Below are positions 46,441-47,118 of a stretch of 47,118 nt of DNA, one piece after another. The translations under genes were made by a program, and so were the position numbers. Under the pieces are notes generated by a model, which searched no databases, was not told where the DNA came from, and saw nothing but the letters and a program-made list of their open reading frames with translations. Source of the stretch: a virus (Duplodnaviria; Caudoviricetes); IMG/VR virus record IMGVR_UViG_3300033067_000480, positions 1 through 47,118 of that record, one strand, 5' to 3'. Position 1 is the first letter of the stretch; every line of letters begins with the position of its first letter.

Positions 46441-46651
46441 AACAACCTCCTGGGCAGACAGTAGAGTTTCGATCTCTTTCTACGACTTTCACAGAGTCGG
46501 GTGCTCCCATTACACTACCTGCTGCATCTTTGGGTTTTGGTTTAGCGTGAATAGCAGCCGCAGCTGCTTTACAGGCGGCTAGTGTGTCGAACTGACAGCG
46601 ACCATGCTCACCATACTTCCATTTACCGTTCTTACATTTCATGCAAGGCAT
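46433..46651 (-). CDS. Small Cys-rich hypothetical protein
   Basis: AAGGA SD; MPCMKCKNGKWKYG...C. Confidence 0.6.
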   Translation of the reverse strand: MPCMKCKNGKWKYGEHGRCQFDTLAACKAAAAAIHAKPKPKDAAGSVMGAPDSVKVVERDRNSTVCPGGCCE

Positions 46652-46666
46652 GAGATTCCTTTAATT

Positions 46667-46754
46667 TGGCGGAACATACAGGATTCGAACCTGTGCGCCG
46701 ATTTCTCAACGACGGTTTAGCAAACCGCTCTCGTAACCACTTGAGTAATGTTCC
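46667..46754 (-). tRNA. tRNA-Ser(GCU)
   Basis: Loop UUGCUAA, long variable arm, G73, CCA. Confidence 0.9.
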
Positions 46755-46761
46755 GTGTCTT

Positions 46762-46853
46762 TGGTAGCCCTACCGGGAATCGAACCCAGATGAACCAATT
46801 ATCTGTTGCTTACGGGATATAAATCCGCCGTTTTACCGTTAAACTATAGGGCC
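46762..46853 (-). tRNA. Atypical tRNA-Ile(UAU) with long variable arm
   Basis: Acceptor GGCCCUA/UAGGGCU, A73, CCA; loop UUUAUAU; ~22-nt variable region. Confidence 0.7.
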
Positions 46854-46975
46854 GTAAATACCATATTTGAGCATACTAGCACCCACTTTTGGAACGTGTA
46901 CTTTGTTCCCATAAACGTGTTGCCTTGCAAGGATTAAACAAGTGGTTGAACGCCAACTGCTAATATGCTCAAATA

Positions 46976-47050
46976 TGGTAGACGCACAGAGAATCGAACT
47001 CTGATTTGCTGGTTAAAAGCCAGCTACTTTAGCCGTTAAGTTATACGTCC
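46976..47050 (-). tRNA. tRNA-Lys(UUU)
   Basis: Loop CUUUUAA, CCA. Confidence 0.92.
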
Positions 47051-47118
47051 ATGCTGCGCTTCCATTGCCCACGAAGCTGCTTGTGGGTTTTTGTATGTGA
47101 ACCAGCGCCGCCGCGCTT

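Overview
This is part of a lytic, T5-like (Demerecviridae-type gene order) tailed-phage genome in the standard genetic code. The tmRNA tag weakly suggests a proteobacterial, possibly betaproteobacterial, host. The + strand (1-11.9 kb) carries a giant 5-repeat tail-fibre/adhesin-like gene, a spanin-spanin-GH19 endolysin lysis cassette, a run of secreted/membrane ORFs and phoH. The - strand (11.9-47.1 kb) carries Dps, class II RNR, dUTPase and the T5 D15-D14-D13-D12-D11-D10-pol-primase-helicase-D5-split ligase-D2-D3 replication block. It then carries a rubrerythrin/rubredoxin module and a large RNA island with 22 CCA-encoding tRNA genes, a permuted two-piece tmRNA next to a ClpP-like protease, and a Ro60/TROVE gene. 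The most notable signal is that the Ro60 gene is accompanied by four ncRNA-like elements with one shared architecture: terminal stem, internal loop, second stem, then a conserved CRG(U/G)UACUUC motif. Two of them display tRNA anticodon-loop mimics (Asn GUU, Ser GCU), and one also has a T-arm. This is a candidate phage Ro60/Y-like RNA system. Several other inter-tRNA spacers fold into related long closed stems, and there is an unusual tRNA-Ile(UAU) with a long variable arm. All calls come from reading the sequence by eye; no searches were run.
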